Assembly: GCA_034440375.1 (NCBI GenBank)
Contig: JAWXBZ010000135.1
Span: 1-16,645 of the forward strand
Length of the DNA stretch: 16,645 nt
Direction of reading: 5' to 3'
DNA from: Candidatus Eiseniibacteriota bacterium
Lineage (GTDB): Bacteria; Eisenbacteria; RBG-16-71-46; JABDJR01; JAWXBZ01
Below are positions 14,236-16,645 of this stretch, piece after piece. Under the pieces are notes generated by a model that was given only the letters and a program-made list of their open reading frames with translations, did not search any database and was not told the origin of the DNA. How positions within the stretch are numbered: position 1 is the stretch's first letter; the number at the start of each line of letters is the position of its first letter. The position numbers and the translations under genes were made by a program.

Positions 14236-16494
14236 TCAAAGTGTATCACGGTTCGCCGCCAGGCGATCCCGCGCCACCACCCGCCCCTGCAAGTCCACCT
14301 GGCCGAACGAAAGAACGCCGGTCGGGCACATCTGGACGCAGGCCGAGCAGCGGACACACTGCGGGTCGGCCATCGGCAACCCTTTGTTCGCGAAGCTCAT
14401 GATGTCGATCCCCTGGTGGCAGACGGAAGTGCAGACGTTGCAGGAGATGCACTTCTTCTTGTCGGCCAGGATCCGGAAACGGCCAAGCCGGGCGTACCAG
14501 TGCATGAGGGCGGCCAGCGGGCATGCAAATCGGCACCAGGTACGCCCGGAGTACCAGAAGTAAAGGCCGTAGCCGAGAACGCCGGCCAGGAAGACATCAA
14601 CAATCCACTTCCAGCCGTCCTTGAGAACCTGAAAATGGCTGGCGGCCCAGGAGTCCGGCCAGATCCACCCGATGATCCGGACGACCAGCATCAGGAACGC
14701 GACGGCGAGCAACCCCTGACCGATGAAATTGAGACGATTCCACTTCGGGCCGTGCGGCATCTTGTGGCGATGCGTATCACCCAGCGTTTCGGCCAGTGCG
14801 CCACACGAGCAGATCCAGCCGCAGTAGGCCCCTTTCCCCCAGAAATAAACCAGGATCGGGATGAGCACGAACGTCTGCACGAAGCCCAGGATCAGCCAGG
14901 CCATGAGCGGCTGGTCGGTGAAGATGTTGTAGATCATCAGCGGCCAGGCAAGGATCAGGCCGTAGGCGCGCCAGAACTCCCGGCCGTGGCCGTAGTCAAC
15001 TGCTGGAAAGAGCGCGTCGGCCAGCCCCACCGGAAGCCCGCCGTGGTAATTGAGCCAGGGGAGAATGACTTCGGGCAGCAGGAAGAGCGGCACGACCTGT
15101 ATCGCCATCAGCGTCAGCGTCTGGACCGTGACGTAGGGTGTCCTTCGGCGGCGAATGCGCTTGACGCCAAACACGACGACCGCCAGCGAGTAGGCCAGCG
15201 TGTACCAGAACGACGGGCCGGAGGCCGACTTGATCACGATGCCCGCGAGGCTCGTCGGTGCGATCGAAAGGCCAGCGGCAAGAGTTTCGAGATTCGTCGG
15301 GAACCACTGCTTCGCATACCAGAGATGGCTGAACCAGCCGTCTGATTTCCAGTTGTAGAGCCAGGCGCAGAAGAGCAGGAATACGCCCATCAAGACCCAG
15401 CTGGCCGGGCGCATCTCACCGGCGATTGGAAGGCCCGAACGGCGGAAGAAATCGAGTGGCGCCTCGCGTCCGATGAGGACGAAGACGGCATCGTTGGCGA
15501 TCGTCTCGGGCGCTCCGCTGGCGGCCCCCTTGACCGGCCCGATGGTGACGGATTCCGGGCGGATGACCCGGACCGACGTGCCAAGCGCGGAACGGATCCG
15601 GCCCGGGGCCGGCTCGCGGTCGGTTGTCCTCAGCCGACGATAGCGCACCAGGTTCTCGGGCTTCGGGCGCGAGAACCCGCTTTGTCGATACGACAGCGTG
15701 ACCGACGCCCCGGCCTCGGCCAGCGCCGTGGCCGCTTCGAGGGCAGAATCACCGCCACCCACGACGAGAACCCGGCGTCCGGCAAAATCAGCCGGGTCGT
15801 GAAGCCGGTTGGAAACCTTGTCGAGTTCCTCCCCCGGCACGCCGAGCATCCGGAAGTTGCCGCTCCGCCCGATGGCCACGATGACCCGTCGTGCCGGAAG
15901 CTTCTCGCCACCGGCGAGGTGGACCGTGAGGCCACCGCCGGTCCCGCGGCCGATCCGCTCCGCCCGATCACTCCGGGTGGTGACTCCGACGGCCTGAACC
16001 TGGGCCTCCAGCTCGTCCACCAGTGCTTCCTTGATCGTGGCCGACACCTGCAGATCGCCCACCGGGGTCATCGTCGTCGGATAGGTGAAGATCGGTTTTT
16101 TCTTCGGGAAATTGATCAGCGTGGCAAGCGGAACCGCGGACTCGATGACCCGGAAGGTCATCCCCTGCTTTCGGGCCTCGACCGCGGCCGAGAGGCCGGC
16201 CACGCCGGCACCGAGGATGACGAGATCGACCGGGCCGGAACCAGCGCCACTCGCATCCGTGCCGAGGGTCAAAGGAGGTGAGGGCGTCCCACTCCGCCAC
16301 CCCGGTTCGGCCACGATGGCTAAAACGGCGCGTGCGCCTCCATCAAGGGCGAACTTGAGGAGGGGAACTCCCGAGAGATCACCCACGATACGGACGCCGG
16401 GAATGGCGGTCGCGCCATCCCGGCCGATCTCGGGAAGCTTCTCGACCGAGCCGGCCGGCCACCCGAGATGAAGCCAGCGAGCCCAGGCGATCAG
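14236..16494 (-). CDS. FAD/NAD(P)-binding TrxR/YpdA-like oxidoreductase fused to a polytopic NapH/MauN-like 4Fe-4S membrane domain; start uncertain (CTG 16494 tentative, first canonical start GTG 16386)
   Basis: DLVILGAGVAG and VLVVGGGDSA Rossmann motifs. Several hydrophobic helices. CGWICSCG, CRFACP, CISCNVCTSVC and CVRCSACVQMCP motifs. The frame stays open and protein-like upstream of 16386 (AWARWLHLGWPAGSVEKLPEIGRDGATAIPGVRIVGD). Confidence 0.85.
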   Translation of the reverse strand: MIAWARWLHLGWPAGSVEKLPEIGRDGATAIPGVRIVGDLSGVPLLKFALDGGARAVLAIVAEPGWRSGTPSPPLTLGTDASGAGSGPVDLVILGAGVAGLSAAVEARKQGMTFRVIESAVPLATLINFPKKKPIFTYPTTMTPVGDLQVSATIKEALVDELEAQVQAVGVTTRSDRAERIGRGTGGGLTVHLAGGEKLPARRVIVAIGRSGNFRMLGVPGEELDKVSNRLHDPADFAGRRVLVVGGGDSALEAATALAEAGASVTLSYRQSGFSRPKPENLVRYRRLRTTDREPAPGRIRSALGTSVRVIRPESVTIGPVKGAASGAPETIANDAVFVLIGREAPLDFFRRSGLPIAGEMRPASWVLMGVFLLFCAWLYNWKSDGWFSHLWYAKQWFPTNLETLAAGLSIAPTSLAGIVIKSASGPSFWYTLAYSLAVVVFGVKRIRRRRTPYVTVQTLTLMAIQVVPLFLLPEVILPWLNYHGGLPVGLADALFPAVDYGHGREFWRAYGLILAWPLMIYNIFTDQPLMAWLILGFVQTFVLIPILVYFWGKGAYCGWICSCGALAETLGDTHRHKMPHGPKWNRLNFIGQGLLAVAFLMLVVRIIGWIWPDSWAASHFQVLKDGWKWIVDVFLAGVLGYGLYFWYSGRTWCRFACPLAALMHWYARLGRFRILADKKKCISCNVCTSVCHQGIDIMSFANKGLPMADPQCVRCSACVQMCPTGVLSFGQVDLQGRVVARDRLAANRDTL

Positions 16495-16507
16495 GAGCCC
16501 GGTGAAT

Positions 16508-16645
16508 TTATCGTCGCGTGACGTTGGCCAGGCCGCCGGCGAGGCGCCGGGCGCGCCCGGAGGAACTTCCGGCCGGACGGACGACGCGGGAGTGAAGGGT
16601 CCAGCGAGGATTGAGCAGAAAATCGGCCAGGAGCCGGCTCCAGGA
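16508..16645 (-). CDS. 3' end of an upstream gene, possibly a fatty-acid/sphingolipid delta-4 (DES1-like) desaturase
   Basis: Minus frame from 16645 reads SWSRLLADFLLNPRWTLHSRVVRPAG...NVTRR* (TAA 16510-16508). It resembles the SW...DF..D......SR..R C-terminus of DES1-type desaturases. Only 45 aa are visible and it is absent from the ORF track. Confidence 0.5.
   Translation of the reverse strand, partial: SWSRLLADFLLNPRWTLHSRVVRPAGSSSGRARRLAGGLANVTRR

Noticed and set aside
14158-15345. 395-aa plus-strand ORF (and similar ones at 4374-5357, 3592-4317, 2058-2894)
   Set aside because: Antisense or off-frame shadows of well-supported genes, expected at high GC; no recognisable motifs.

Overview
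GC-rich bacterial chromosomal window of 13 genes (11 complete, one cut at the left edge, one with an unresolved start) plus a 3' gene fragment at the right edge. There is no integrase, transposase, tRNA/rRNA or CRISPR array. In order: amidohydrolase (5'-truncated), PLD3/K4-like phospholipase D lipoprotein, two paralogous secreted Cys-rich/Ig-repeat proteins flanking dusB, thiD coupled to a CHAD protein, a PQQ-type sugar dehydrogenase-FN3 protein, 7Fe ferredoxin divergent from a PduO-type cobalamin adenosyltransferase, a DUF4394 protein, bacilliredoxin, a TrxR/YpdA-like flavoprotein fused to a NapH-like membrane 4Fe-4S module, and the end of a probable desaturase. Three secreted proteins end in a FlgD-Ig/T9SS-CTD-like domain and a fourth ends in a short 'TTWSRVK' tail. 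This pattern suggests an FCB-related candidate lineage such as Eisenbacteria, Krumholzibacteria or Latescibacteria (inference). The best leads are (1) an apparently circularly permuted, CxxC-less disulfide-reductase-like flavoprotein/membrane Fe-S fusion with no canonical start codon next to bacilliredoxin, (2) two kinds of C-terminal export/sorting tags, and (3) an unrecognised six-cysteine N-terminal domain family. Family assignments come from motif recognition by eye; no searches were run.
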